The position numbers were made by a program, and so were the translations under genes. The notes under the pieces were generated by a model that was given only the letters and a program-made list of their open reading frames with translations, made no database searches and had not been told where the DNA came from. 64,000 nucleotides of DNA from contig OZ024743.1 of the NCBI GenBank assembly GCA_964016885.1, positions 115,072,001-115,136,000 of the forward strand. The letters run 5' to 3'. Positions 12,524-26,432 of this stretch are shown here, one piece after another (position 1 is the first letter of the stretch; each line of letters opens with the position of its first letter). The stretch is from Eledone cirrhosa. Its lineage: Eukaryota.

Positions 12524-13379
12524 CAGTTTAATATATATATAACGTGTGGAAGTGTTGTACTCCCAGTCACTTAACCAGACCTGTCAACTCTCGGCGTCCG
12601 ACGGCAGAGATTTGCAATAGCCTCTGGGATGGGTGACAGATGTCTTCTCTTGTGAAAATTGGTATAGCTTTCATTACGTAAAGTCTGCACATTTTCCCTC
12701 ATTTCTCCTCGTTTTGGGGCACTTTTTTCATGGTATTCCCCATTTTGGTTTTCAGAGGTTGGCAGGTCTGCTTAACGCCAACGAAACTTGGGATGGTTTG
12801 GAATTCAGATCGCGAGGGGCTGTAACTAATTAACTGAGTAATTAACGGTCGACATCTCATATACACAAACATATATATGCTTTATCCATCATCCATCCAT
12901 CCATACATATATACAGTCATACATGAGCAATATGTCTACAGTCAGACAACTACAGGAAAGCATTTGATTGTGCTCCCCACGCTTGCATGATAGACACCCT
13001 CCGACATTATTATCAGAGCCATAGAGAAGCTGTCATCTTCTTGGGCTACTAACCTAAAGTTAAAAACAGAGAAGGAGGAATCTATTTTCACTGATGAAAT
13101 AGAATACTACGAGGGTATATTTTAAGGAGACAGTCTATTTGTGTTACTATTTAGTCCTAACATTCCACCCTTCATCAGCTAAGTGCCCCACTCTAGACCT
13201 ACCTCTCCAATACCCACCCTATATACACGCACCTCATCCACCCTGTTCACACTTATAGGGTCAAAGCCGCCAGTCCACATAGTAAAGTAGCTGTTTTGGA
13301 GCTATGACAAAATGCGCCAAGTCTACACTATAAAATGGGCTTGTTGGTTTCACGAACAAAAAGCGAACAACCCACAATG

Positions 13380-13585
13380 TAAAATGGTAGTTTTGGTGCC
13401 AGGATAACAAGCACCATGTCCACACTGTAAATGTGGTTATTGTTAGGAAGTGCATCCAGCCATAGAAAACAAACCAGATATAGTTATGTATGAGTGAGAC
13501 ACGGTCATCTGACCTGACTTGACTCACAAACGGACAGCTCTTCAAACCTATGTTAGCGTGGAAAAATGGACGTTAAAGGATGATA
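13380..13585 (+). mobile_element. Second SINE-like repeat 3' part (in each unit)
   Basis: gttaggaagggcatccagccatagaaa...aaaatggacgttaaaggatgat resembles a dispersed repeat with a (GAT)n tail. Recognised from memory only. Confidence 0.45.
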
Positions 13586-13621
13586 TATATATATATAATC
13601 TACAGTAACTGGACGTTACAT

Positions 13622-13672
<51 letters not shown>

Positions 13673-13675
<3 letters not shown>

Positions 13676-13977
13676 TGTACCCCCGATAATCGCGGAATTT
13701 TACTTAGAACGTAACTAATAATAGTTCGTGGAATCGTAAATAACTTCCGGGATGTATCTTATGGCTTTTTTCGTGGCAATATATATTTTTTAACATTAAA
13801 TTATTTATAACGATATACCGTAGTTGCCGGCCTATAGGACGCCCCTTCGCACAATACGTTACCCCATTTTTTTAGTTATATTTTACGTTATATTTTCACG
13901 TTTATAAACATTTCTATGGACCACGCCCAATGTGTGCTCTAACATCGTAATCCCCGCGAATATCTGGGGGACTACTG
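13673..13977. mobile_element. pogo/Tigger-like MITE (left end replaced in unit 1)
   Basis: Imperfect TIRs: CAGTGTACCCCCGATAATCGCGG and, on the reverse strand, CAGTAGTCCCCCAGATATTCGCGG. TA-rich flanks. Confidence 0.7.
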
Positions 13978-14197
13978 TATATAAAGAAAGAGAGCGAGGG
14001 AATGTGTGTCGAGGTTAAAGGAAAAGACAACATACATATATCCTTTTACATATACAACATTGTACGTCCGACCGCAGTACTGTTTCTTTATATCAAACCT
14101 AACTTGCTATGGTTGAGCAGTAGTTCGATCGTTTTCGTTAATATATTGCAACCAATAAGCAGCAATCGTAGAAAGAGAAAGTAAAATGAAAACAAAA

Positions 14198-15492
14198 TTA
14201 ATTTTTATTGTCACACTTGTCTTCGAGACACTTGTAATAGTAAAAATCTAAAAATGCTATGGTTAGTTAATTTATATATTTGGTTAACGCGGTAAATTGC
14301 GTTTTCTGTGGTTCTTAAAACTTCATAATAATACAAATTTACCAAAGAAAACAAACGTAAAATAAATAAGATAGTACAAAATAAATGTGCGTTACTACTA
14401 GTTGAAACTTCAGTTAGAATACTAAACTTGTAGTAGAATTATATACACATACACTAGTACATATACAATAATATGTCTTCTTATTTCTGTTAGAAATATT
14501 CAAGTCTTGACCTTCACGTCTTTTGGCAGGCATAATCATATAAAGTGTATTTTATTTATGCCAGTAGAGTCTGATTTGATGGTGAGTTGGCTGCTATTTC
14601 TAGCATAACATACGACTGTCTACAGCAAGCATATCAATCATATACACCTGCGGCCCGCACAAGGGCTTTTTACAGCGCAAACATGATTTATCTTCGTAAT
14701 ATAAGATTAAGAAAAATGTGTTGTAATATGCGCAATTAGTTGTCGTGTGTAGTCCTCTGACAACACATATATGTGAGCCATGTGGCCCTAGGGGGACCCC
14801 AGTTTGATAGGCCTTGTCTACAGGCTCACACTGTTAGTAATATGATGTTGTTTAATCCCAGTTTAGTTTTGATATATGAAATATATTACGAAAACCTTCC
14901 AGCTATGACCATCCTATCATTTAGGGGTTATATTGAACTTTGCCGCGTTAAATTATAATTATTTTTTATAAAGATGTAATTGTCGCCAGACAGAATGTTG
15001 CATCAGCCCACTATTTGGTAGTTTAGCATAATTTCATTCGCGACATTCAAGCTATGAAATTAACCATTACGCATCTAGAACCAAATTATCATTCCTTTTA
15101 TTTTTCTCATAAACAAATGTGTAAGATTTTTATGGTGATTTATCTATTATTTCGATATGGAGCAATGTACTAACATTGCTTCATAATATCTAAATTTAAA
15201 CAATGTCTCAATACTGGAGGTTCATTAGACCAGTGTTTATCCTGGATTCCTTGGCGATAAGCGACTGAGAGTACAAATTACTTCCTTGAACAGAGTTTGT
15301 TAGGCGTGGTAATAATTATACTTTTTAACTTCTGAAGTAAACGTCGCACAATACAAAATGGTTATAAAACGTACATTCTATAATGTATAAATAAAGAGAA
15401 TATATTGTAAGTAAAAGAGTGTAACCTTGCTGTGCTGAGATCAATCCTGTTCCTAGAAAACAGAGTACGAACACAAACATAATGCTTGCCAT
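14198..15492 (-). CDS. Candidate 2-exon secreted peptide precursor, copy 2 (38 aa MASIMFVFVLCFLGTGLISAQQDFYYYKCLEDKCDNKN)
   Basis: Exon 1 is 15492-15426 (67 nt, ACCATGG context, hydrophobic signal, phase-1 AAG|GT). Exon 2 is 14247-14198, after a CTAAC branch motif and TTTTTAG acceptor, in matching phase. The donor GTTACA is weak. Confidence 0.5.
14626..14815. mobile_element. hAT/Charlie-like MITE in the candidate intron (units 2-6)
   Basis: TIR-like ends CAAGCATATCAA and TTGATAGGCCTT, with subterminal GCGGCCCGC/GTGGCCC motifs. 8-bp direct repeat GTCTACAG at 14618-14625 and 14816-14823. Confidence 0.7.
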
Positions 15493-15592
15493 GGTCAGAG
15501 TTTGTTTAATTATGACCTCGTTGTTTACAGGAGCGGTGTAAGAGCAATTTCATAGATATATTTTATTTGTTCCGGTAAAAATTCGCCAATTA
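15493..15592 (-). promoter_or_regulatory. Putative promoter/5' UTR of the candidate gene (repeated per unit)
   Basis: Within 100 bp upstream of the ATG: ATTGG (CCAAT), TTACCGGAA (GAS/ETS-like), an AT-rich TATA-like AAAATATAT, and TGTAAACA (Fox-type). All are retained in the diverged copy 1. Confidence 0.3.
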
Positions 15593-17277
15593 CAACCAAG
15601 AGTAAATGGCGCCTTTGTAAAAAGATATACATGGTACTTTTGTAGTAAATCAATTAAATAATATTTTCTTTTATAGGCACAAGGCCAGCAATTTTTGGGG
15701 AGGAGGAAGTCGATTAAATCGACCTCAGTATGTGACTGGTACTTTATTTTATCGACCCCGTAACGATGAAAGGCAAAGTTAACCTTCTTCGGGATTTGAA
15801 CTCAGATCATAAAGGGGCATAACACTATACTGCAAAGCATGGTGCCTGAAGTTGCAGTAACATAGCGTTATTCATAATATACTATGTTTACGTTTAATGA
15901 TCTTATCTCGCTATCAACATTTGAAACTATCGCAGTAGCTGTTGAGGTTGTTGTTTCAGGGTTACAGTTTAATATATATATCACTGTTTCCACTTTAGGC
16001 ACAAGGCCAGAAATTATCCAGGGTATTACCGGTACTTTATTTTATCGACCCCGTAAGGATGAAAGGCTAAGTCAACCTCGGCGGGATTTGAACTCAGATC
16101 GTAAAGGGACGTAACTATGCTGGAAAGCATGGCATCCGACCCTCTACTGATACTGCCAATCCACCGCAGTTTAATATATATATATAACGTGTGGAAGTGT
16201 TGTACTCCCAGTCACTTAACCAGACCTGTCAACTCTCGGCGTCCGACGGCAGAGATTTGCAATAGCCTTTGTGATGGGTGACAGATGTCTTCTCTTGTGA
16301 AAATTGGTAGAGCTTTCATTACGTAAAGTCTGCACATTTTCCCTCATTTCTCCTCGTTTTGGGGCACTTTTTTCATGGTATTCCCCATTTGGGTTTTCAC
16401 AGGTTGGCAGGTCTGCTTAACGCCAACGAAACTTGGGATGGTTTGGAATTCAGATCGCGAGGGGCTGTAACTAATTAACTAAGTAATTAACGGTCGACAT
16501 CTCATATACACAAACATATATATGCTTTATCCATCATCCATCCATCCATACATATATATACAGTCATACATGAGCAATATGTCTACAGTCAGACAACTAC
16601 AGGAAAGCATTTGATTGTGCTCCCCACGCTTGCATGATAGACGCCCTCCGACATTATTATCAGAGCCACAGAGAAGCTGTCATCTTCTTGGGCTACTAAC
16701 CTAAAGTTAAAAACAGAGAAGGAGGAATCTATTTTCACTGATGAAATAGAATACTACGAGGGTATATTTTAAGGAGACAGTCTATTTGTGTTACTATTTA
16801 GTCCTAACACTCCACCCTTCCTCAGCTAAGTGCCCCTACTCTAGACCTACCTCTCCAATACCCACCCTATATACACGCACCTCGTCCACCCTGTTCACAC
16901 TTATAGGGTCAAAGCCGCCAGTCCACATAGTAAAGTAGCTGTTTTGGAGCTATGACAAAATGCGCCAAGTCTACACTATAAAATGGGCTTGTTGGTTTCA
17001 CGAACAAAAAGCGAACAACCCACAATGTAAAATGGTAGTTTTGGTGCCAGGATAACAAGCACCATGTCCACACTGTAAATGTGGTTATTGTTAGGAAGGG
17101 CATCCAGCCATAGAAAACAAACCAGAAATAGTTATGTATGAGTGAGACACGGTCATCTGACCTGACTTGACTCACAAACGGACAGCTCTTCTAACCTATG
17201 TTAGCGTGGAAAAATGGACGTTGAAGGATGATATATATATATATATATATATAATCTACAGTAACTGGACGTTACAT

Positions 17278-17325
<48 letters not shown>

Positions 17326-17847
17326 TGTACCCCGGGTAATCGCGGAATTTTACTTAGAACCTAACTAATAATAGTTCGTGGAATCGTAAATAACTTCCGG
17401 GATGTATCTTATGGCTTTTTTTGTGGCAATATATATTTTTTAACATTAAATTATTTATAACGATATACCGTAGTTGCCGGCCTATTGGACGCCACTTCGC
17501 ATAATACGTTACCCCATTTGTTTTAGTTATATTTTACGTTATATTTTCACATTTATAAACATTTCTATGGACCACGCCCAATGTGTGCTCTAAGATCGTA
17601 ATCCCCGCGAATATCTGGGGGACTACTGTATATAAAGAAAGAGAGCGAGGGAATGTGTGTCGAAGTTAAAGGAAAAGACAAATACATATATCCTTTTACA
17701 TATACAACATTGTACGTCCGACCGCAGTACTGTTTCTTTATATCAAACCTAACTTGCTATGGTTGAGCAGTAGTTCGATTGTTTTCGTTAATATATTGCA
17801 ACCAATAAGCAGCAATCGTAGAAAGAGAAAGTAAAATGAAAACAAAA

Positions 17848-19149
17848 TTAATTTTTATTATCACACTTGTCTTCGAGACACTTGTAATAGTAAAAATCTA
17901 AAAATGCTATGGTTAGTTAATTTATATATTTGGTTAACGCGGTAAATTGCGTTTTCTGTGGTTCTTAAAACTTCATAATAATACAAATTTACCAAAGAAA
18001 ACAAACGTAAAATAAATAAGATAGTACAAAATAAATGTGCGTTACTACTAGTTGAAACTTCAGTTAGAATACTAAACTTGTAGTAGAATTATATACACAT
18101 ACACTAGTACATGTACAATAATATGTCTTCTTATTTCTGTTAGAAATATTCAAGTCTTGACCTTCACGTCTTTTGGCAGGCATAATCATATAAAGTGTAT
18201 TTTATTTATGCCAGTAGAGTCTGATTTGATGGTGAGTTGGCTGCTATTTCTAGCATAACATACGACTGTCTACAGCAAGCATATCAATCATATACACCTG
18301 CGGCCCCCACAAGGGCTTTTTACAGCGCAAACATGATTTATCTTCGTAATATAAGATTAAGAAAAATGTGTTGTAATATGCGCAATTAGTTGTCGTGTGT
18401 AGTCCTCTGACAACACATATATGTGAGCCATGTAGCCCTAGGGGGACCCCAGTTTGATAGGCCTTGTCTACAGGCTCACACTGTTAGTAATATGATGTTG
18501 TTTAATCCCAGTTTAGTTTTGATATATGAAATATATTACGAAAACCTTCCAGCTATGACCATCCTATCATTTAGGGGTTATATTGAACTTTGCCGCGTTA
18601 AATTATAATTATTTTTTATAAAAATGTAATATGTAATTGTCGCCAGACAGAATGTTGCATCAGCCCACTATTTGGTAGTTTAGCATAATTTCATTCGCGA
18701 TATTCAAGCTATGAAATTAACCATTACGCATCTAGAACCAAATTATCATTCCTTTTATTTTTCTCATAAACAAATGTGTAAGATTTTTATGGTGATTTAT
18801 CTATTATTTCGATATGGAGCAATGTACTAACATTGCTTCATAATATCTAAATTTAAACAATGTCTCAATACTGGAGGTTCATTAGACCAGTGTTTATCCT
18901 GGATTCCTTGGCGATAAGCGACTGAGAGTACAAATTACTTCCTTGAACAGAGTTTGTTAGGCGTGGTAATAATTATACTTTTTAACTTCTGAAGTAAACG
19001 TCGCACAATACAAAATGGTTATAAAACGTACATTCTATAATGTATAAATAAAAAGAATATATTGTAAGTAAAAGAGTGTAACCTTGCTGTGCTGAGATCA
19101 ATCCTGTTCCTAGAAAATAGAGTACGAACACAAACATAATGCTTGCCAT
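17848..19149 (-). CDS. Candidate secreted peptide precursor, copy 3 (signal C11Y)
   Basis: Exon 1 is 19149-19083 and exon 2 is 17897-17848. Same structure as copy 2. Confidence 0.5.
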
Positions 19150-20927
19150 GGTCAGAGTTTGTTTAATTATGACCTCGTTGTTTACAGGAGCGGTGTAAGA
19201 GCAATTTCATAGATATATTTTATTTGTTCCGGTAAAAATTCGCCAATTACAACCAAGAGTAAATGGCGCTTTTGTAAAAAGATATACATGGTACTTTTGT
19301 AGTAAATCAATTAAATAACATTTTGTTTTATAGGCACAAGGCCAGCAATTTTTGGGGAGGAGGAAGTCGATTCAATCGACCTCAGTATGTGACTGGTACT
19401 TTATTTTATCGACCCCGTAACGATGAAAGGCAAAGTTAACCTTCTTCGGGATTTGAACTCAGATCATAAAGGGGCATAACACTATACTGCAAAGCATGGT
19501 GCCTGAAGTTGCAGTAACATAGCGTGATTCATAATATACTATGTTTACGTTTAATGATCTTATCTCGCTATCAACATTTGAAACTATCGCAGTAGCTGTT
19601 GAGGTTGTTGTTTCAGGGTTACAGTTTAATATATATATAACTGTTTCTACTTTAGGCACAAGGCCAGAAATTATCCAGGGTATTACTGGTACTTTATTTT
19701 ATCGACCCCGTAAGGATGAAAGGCTAAATCAAACTCGACGGGATTTGAACTCAGATCGTAAAGGGATGTAACTATGCTGGAAAGCATGGCGTCCGACCCT
19801 CTACTGATACTGCCAATCCACCGCAGTTTAATATATATATAACGTGTGGAAGTGTTGTACTCCCAGTCACTTAACCAGACCTGTCAACTCTCGGCGTCCG
19901 ACGGCAGAGATTTGCAATAGCCTCTGGGATGGGTGACAGATGTCTTCTCTTGTGAAAATTGGTATAGCTTTCATTACGTAAAGTCTGCACATTTTCCCTC
20001 ATTTCTCCTCGTTTTGGGGCACTTTTTTCATGGTATTCCCCATTTTGGTTTTCAGAGGTTGGCAGGTCTGCTTAACGCCAACGAAACTTGGGATGGTTTG
20101 GAATTCAGATCGCGAGGGGCTGTAACTAATTAACTGAGTAATTAACGGTCGACATCTCATATACACAAACATATATATGCTTTATCCATCATCCATCCAT
20201 CCATACATATATACAGTCATACATGAGCAATATGTCTACAGTCAGACAATTACAGGAAAGCATTTGATTGTGCTCCCCACGCTTGCATGATAGACGCCCT
20301 CCGACATTATTATCAGAGCCACAGAGAAGCTGTCATCTTCTTGGGCTACTAACCTAAAGTTAAAAACAGAGAAGGAGGAATCTATTTTCACTGATAAAAT
20401 AGAATAATACGAGGGTATATTTTAAGGAGACAGTCTATTTGTGTTACTATTTAGTCCTAACACTCCACCCTTCATCAGCTAAGTGCCCCACTCTAGACCT
20501 ACCTCTCCAATACCCACCCTATATACACGCACCTCGTCCACCCAGTTCACACTTATAGGGTTAAAGCCGCCAGTCCACATAGTAAAGTAGCTGTTCTGGA
20601 GCTATGACAAAATGCGCCAAGTCTACACTATAAAATAGGCTTGTTGGTTTCACGAACAAAAAGCGAACAACCCACAATGTAAAATGGTAGTTTTGGTGCC
20701 AGGATAACAAGCACCATGTCCACACTGTAAATGTGGTTATTGTTAGGAAGGGCATCCAGCCATAGAAAACAAACCAGAAATAGTTATGTATGAGTGAGAC
20801 ACGGTCATCTGACCTGACTTGACTCACAAACGGACAGCTCTTCTAACCTATGTTAGCGTGGAAAAATGGACGTTAAAGGATGATATATATATATATATAT
20901 ATAATCTACAGTAACTGGACGTTACAT

Positions 20928-20971
<44 letters not shown>

Positions 20972-21493
20972 TGTACCCCGGGTAATCGCGGAATTTTACT
21001 TAGAACCTAACTAATAATAGTTCGTGGAATCGTAAATAACTTCCGGGATGTATATTATGACTTTTTTCATGGCAATATATATTTTTTAACATTAAATTAT
21101 TTATAACGATATACCGTATTTGCCGGCCTATTGGACGCCACTTCGCATAATACGTTACCCCATTTGTTTTAGTTATATTTTACGTTATATTTTCACGTTT
21201 ATAAACATTTCTATGGACCACGCCCAATGTGTGCTCTAAGATCGTAATCCCCGCGAATACGTGGGGGACTACTGTATATAAAGAAAGAGAGCGAGGGAAT
21301 GTGTGTCGAAGTTAAAGGAAAAGACAAATACATATATCCTTTTACATATACAACATTGTACGTCCGACCGCAGTACTGTTTCTTTATATCAAACCTAACT
21401 TGCTATGGTTGAGCAGTAGTTCGATTGTTTTCGTTAATATATTGCAACCAATAAGCAGCAATCGTAGAAAGAGAAAGTAAAATGAAAACAAAA

Positions 21494-22795
21494 TTAATTT
21501 TTATTATCACACTTGTCTTCGAGACACTTGTAATAGTAAAAATCTAAAAATGCTATGGTTAGTTAATTTATATATTTGGTTAACGCGGTAAATTGCGTTT
21601 TCTGTGGTTCTTAAAACTTCATAATAATACAAATTTACCAAAGAAAACAAACGTAAAATAAATAAGATAGTACAAAATAAATGTGCGTTACTACTAGTTG
21701 AAACTTCAGTTAGAATACTAAACTTGTAGTAGAATTATATACACATACAATAGTACATATACAATAATATGTCTTCTTATTTCTGTTAGAAATATTCAAG
21801 TCTTGACCTTCACGTCTTTTGGCAGGCATAATCATATAAAGTGTATTTTATTTATGCCAGTAGAGTCTGATTTGATGGTGAGTTGGCTGCTATTTCTAGC
21901 ATAACATACGATTGTCTACAGCAAGCATATCAATCATATACACCTGCGGCCCGCACAAGGGCTTTTTACAGCGCAAACATGATTTATCTTCGTAATATAA
22001 GATTAAGAAAAATGTGTTGTAATATGCGCAATTAGTTGTCGTGTGTAGTCCTCTGACAACACATATATGTGAGCCATGTAGCCCTAGGGGGACCCCAGTT
22101 TGATAGGCCTTGTCTACAGGCTCACACTGTTAGTAATATGATGTTGTTTAATCCCAGTTTAGTTTTGATATATGAAATATATTACGAAAACCTTCCAGCT
22201 ATGACCATCCTATCATTTAGGGGTTATATTGAACTTTGCCGCGTTAAATTATAATTATTTTTTATAAAAATGTAATATGTAATTGTCGCCAGACAGAATG
22301 TTGCATCAGCCCACTATTTGGTAGTTTAGCATAATTTCATTCGCGATATTCAAGCTATGAAATTAACCATTACGCATCTAGAACCAAATTATCATTCCTT
22401 TTATTTTTCTCATAAACAAATGTGTAAGATTTTTATGGTGATTTATCTATTATTTCGATATGGAGCAATGTACTAACATTGCTTCATAATATCTAAATTT
22501 AAACAATGTCTCAATACTGGAGGTTCATTAGACCAGTGTTTATCCTGGATTCCTTGGCGATAAGCGACTGAGAGTACAAATTACTTCCTTGAACAGAGTT
22601 TGTTAGGCGTGGTAATAATTATACTTTTTAACTTCTGAAGTAAACGTCGCACAATACAAAATGGTTATAAAACGTACATTCTATAATGTATAAATAAAGA
22701 CAATATATTGTAAGTAAAAGAGTGTAACCTTGCTGTGCTGAGATCAATCCTGTTCCTAGAAAATAGAGTACGAACACAAACATAATGCTTGCCAT
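21494..22795 (-). CDS. Candidate secreted peptide precursor, copy 4 (signal C11Y)
   Basis: Exon 1 is 22795-22729 and exon 2 is 21543-21494. Confidence 0.5.
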
Positions 22796-24573
22796 GGTCA
22801 GAGTTTGTTTAATTATGACCTCGTTGTTTACAGGAGCGGTGTAAGAGCAATTTCATAGATATATTTTATTTGTTCCGGTAAAAATTCGCCAATTACAACC
22901 AAGAGTAAATGGCGCCTTTGTAAAAAGATATACATGGTACTTTTGTAGTAAATCAATTAAATAACATTTTCTTTTATAGGCACAAGGCCAGCAATTTTTG
23001 GGGAGGAGGAAGTCGATTCAATCGACCTCAGTATGTGACTGGTACTTTATTTTATCGACCCCGTAACGATGAAAGGCAAAGTTAACCTTCTTCGGGATTT
23101 GAACTCAGATCATAAAGGGGCAGAACACTATACTGCAAAGCATGGTGCCTGAAGTTGCAGTAACATAGCGTGATTCATAATATACTATGTTTACGTTTAA
23201 TGATCTTATCTCGCTATCAACATTTGAAACTATCGCAGTAGCTGTTGAGGTTGTTGTTTCAGCGTTACAGTTTAATATATATATCACTGTTTCCACTTTA
23301 GGCACAAGGCCAGAAATTATCCAGGGTATTACTGGTACTTTATTTTATCGACCCCGTAAGGATGAAAGGCTAAGTCAACCTCGGCGGGATTTGAACTCAG
23401 ATCGTAAAGGGACGTAACTATGCTGGAAAGCATGGCATCCGACCCTCTACTGATACTGCCAATCCACCGCAGTTTAATATATATATAACGTGTGGAAGTG
23501 TTGTACTCCCAGTCACTTAACCAGACCTGTCAACTCTCGGCGTCCGACGGCAGAGATTTGCAATAGCCTTTGTGATGGGTGACAGATGTCTTCTCTTGTG
23601 AAAATTGGTAGAGCTTTCATTACGTAAAGTCTGCACATTTTCCCTCATTTCTCCTCGTTTTGGGGCACTTTTTTCATGGTATTCCCCATTTGGGGTTTCA
23701 GAGGTTGGCAGGTCTGCTTAACGCCAACGATACTTGGGATGGTTTGGAATTCAGATCGCGAGGGGCTGTAACTAATTAACTGAGTAATTAACGGTCGACA
23801 TCTCATATACACAAACATATATATGCTTTATCCATCATCCATCCATCCATACATATATACAATCATACATGAGCAATATGTCTACAGTCAGACAACTACA
23901 GGAAAGCATTTGATTGTGCTCCCCACGCTTGCATGATAGACGCCCTCCGACATTATTATCAGAGCCATAGAGAAGCTGTCATCTTCTTGGGCTACTAACC
24001 TAAAGTTAAAAACAGAGAAGGAGGAATCTATTTTCACTGATAAAATAGAATACTACGAGGGTATATTTTAAGGAGACAGTCTATTTGTGTTACTATTTAG
24101 TCCTAACACTCCACCCTTCATCAGCTAAGTGCCCCACTCTAGACCTACCTCTCCAATACCCACCCTATATACACGCACCTCGTCCACCCAGTTCACACTT
24201 ATAGGGTTAAAGCCGCCAGTCCACATAGTAAAGTAGCTGTTTTGGAGCTATGACAAAATGCGCCAAGTCTACACTATAAAATGGGCTTGTTGGTTTCACG
24301 AACAAAAAGCGAACAACCCACAATGTAAAATGGTAGTTTTGGTGCCAGGATAACAAGCACCATGTCCACACTGTAAATGTGGTTATTGTTAGGAAGTGCA
24401 TCCAGCCATAGAAAACAAACCAGAAATAGTTATGTATGAGTGAGACACAGTCATCTGACCTGACTTGACTCACAAACGGACAGCTCTTCTAACCTATGTT
24501 AGCGTGGAAAAATGGACGTTAAAGGATGATATATATATATACATATATAATCTACAGTAACTGGACGTTACAT

Positions 24574-24615
<42 letters not shown>

Positions 24616-25137
24616 TGTACCCCGGGTAATCGCGGAATTTTACTTAGAACCTAACTAATAATAGTTCGTGGAATCGTAAATAACTTCCGGGATGTATATT
24701 ATGGCTTTTTTCGTGGCAATATATATTTTTTAACATTAAATTATTTATAACGATATACCGTATTTGCCGGCCTATTGGACGCCACTTCGCACAATACGTT
24801 ACCCCATTTGTTTTAGTTATATTTTACGTTATATTTTCACGTTTATAAACATTTCTATGGACCACGCCCAATGTGTGCTCTAAGATCGTAATCCCCGCGA
24901 ATACCTGGGGGACTACTGTATATAAAGAAAGAGAGCGAGGGAATGTGTGTCGAAGTTAAAGGAAAAGACAAATACATATATCCTTTTACATATACAACAT
25001 TGTACGTCCGACCGCAGTACTGTTTCTTTATATCAAACCTAACTTGCTATGGTTGAGCAGTAGTTCGATTGTTTTCGTTAATATATTGCAACCAATAAGC
25101 AGCAATCGTAGAAAGAGAAAGTAAAATGAAAACAAAA

Positions 25138-26432
25138 TTAATTTTTATTATTACACTTGTCTTCGAGACACTTGTAATAGTAAAAATCTAAAAATGCTAT
25201 GGTTAGTTAATTTATATATTTGGTTAACGCGGTAAATTGCGTTTTCTGTGGTTCTTAAAACTTCATAATAATACAAATTTACCAAAGAAAACAAACGTAA
25301 AATAAATAAGATAGTACAAAATAAATGTGCGTTACTACTAGTTGAAACTTCAGTTAGAATACTAAACTTGTAGTAGAATTATATACACATACACTAGTAC
25401 ATATACAATAATATGTCTTCTTATTTCTGTTAGAAATATTCAAGTCTTGACTTTCACGTCTTTTGGCAGGCATAATCATATAAAGTGTATTTTATTTATG
25501 CCAGTAGAGTCTGATTTGATGGTGAGTTGGCTGCTATTTCTAGCATAACATACGATTGTCTACAGCAAGCATATCAATCATATACACCTGTGGCCCGCAC
25601 AAGGGCTTTTTACAGCGCAAACATGATTTATCTTCGTAATATAAGATTAAGAAAAATGTGTTGTAATATGCGCAATTAGTTGTCGTGTGTAGTCCTCTGA
25701 CAACACATATATGTGAGCCATGTAGCCCTAGGGGGACCCCAGTTTGATAGGCCTTGTCTACAGGCTCACACTGTTAGTAATATGATGTTGTTTAATCCCA
25801 GTTTAGTTTTGATATATGAAATATATTACGAAAACCTTCCAGCTATGACCATCCTATCATTTAGGGGTTATATTGAACTTTGCCGCGTTAAATTATAATT
25901 ATTTTTTATAAAAATGTAATTGTCGCCAGACAGAATGTTGCATCAGCCCACTATTTGGTAGTTTAGCATAATTTCATTCGCGATATTCAAGCTATGAAAT
26001 TAACCATTACGCATCTAGAACCAAATTATCATTCCTTTTATTTTTCTCATAAACAAATGTGTAAGATTTTTATGGTGATTTATCTATTATTTCGATATGG
26101 AGCAATGTACTAACATTGCTTCATAATATCTAAATTTAAACAATGTCTCAATACTGGAGGTTCATTAGACCAGTGTTTATCCTGGATTCCTTGGCGATAA
26201 GCGACTGAGAGTACAAATTACTTCCTTGAACAGAGTTTGTTAGGCGTGGTAATAATTATACTTTTTAACTTCTGAAGTAAACGTCGCACAATACAAAATG
26301 GTTATAAAACGTACATTCTATAATGTATAAATAAAGACAATATATTGTAAGTAAAAGAGTGTAACCTTGCTGTGCTGAGATCAATCCTGTTCCTAGAAAA
26401 CAGAGTACGAACACAAACATAATGCTTGCCAT
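25138..26432 (-). CDS. Candidate secreted peptide precursor, copy 5 (ends KCNNKN)
   Basis: Exon 1 is 26432-26366 and exon 2 is 25187-25138, with a GAT to AAT change. Confidence 0.5.

Noticed and set aside
15185-15284. Possible internal exon (GSNLYSQSLIAKESRINTGLMNLQY, with a tachykinin-like GLM) or alternative frame
   Set aside because: It lacks FxGLMG. The alternative frame has a stop in unit 6. The plus strand (ttatcctgg..aagcgactgagagtacaa) resembles a decayed dispersed repeat. Not fully excluded without RNA data.
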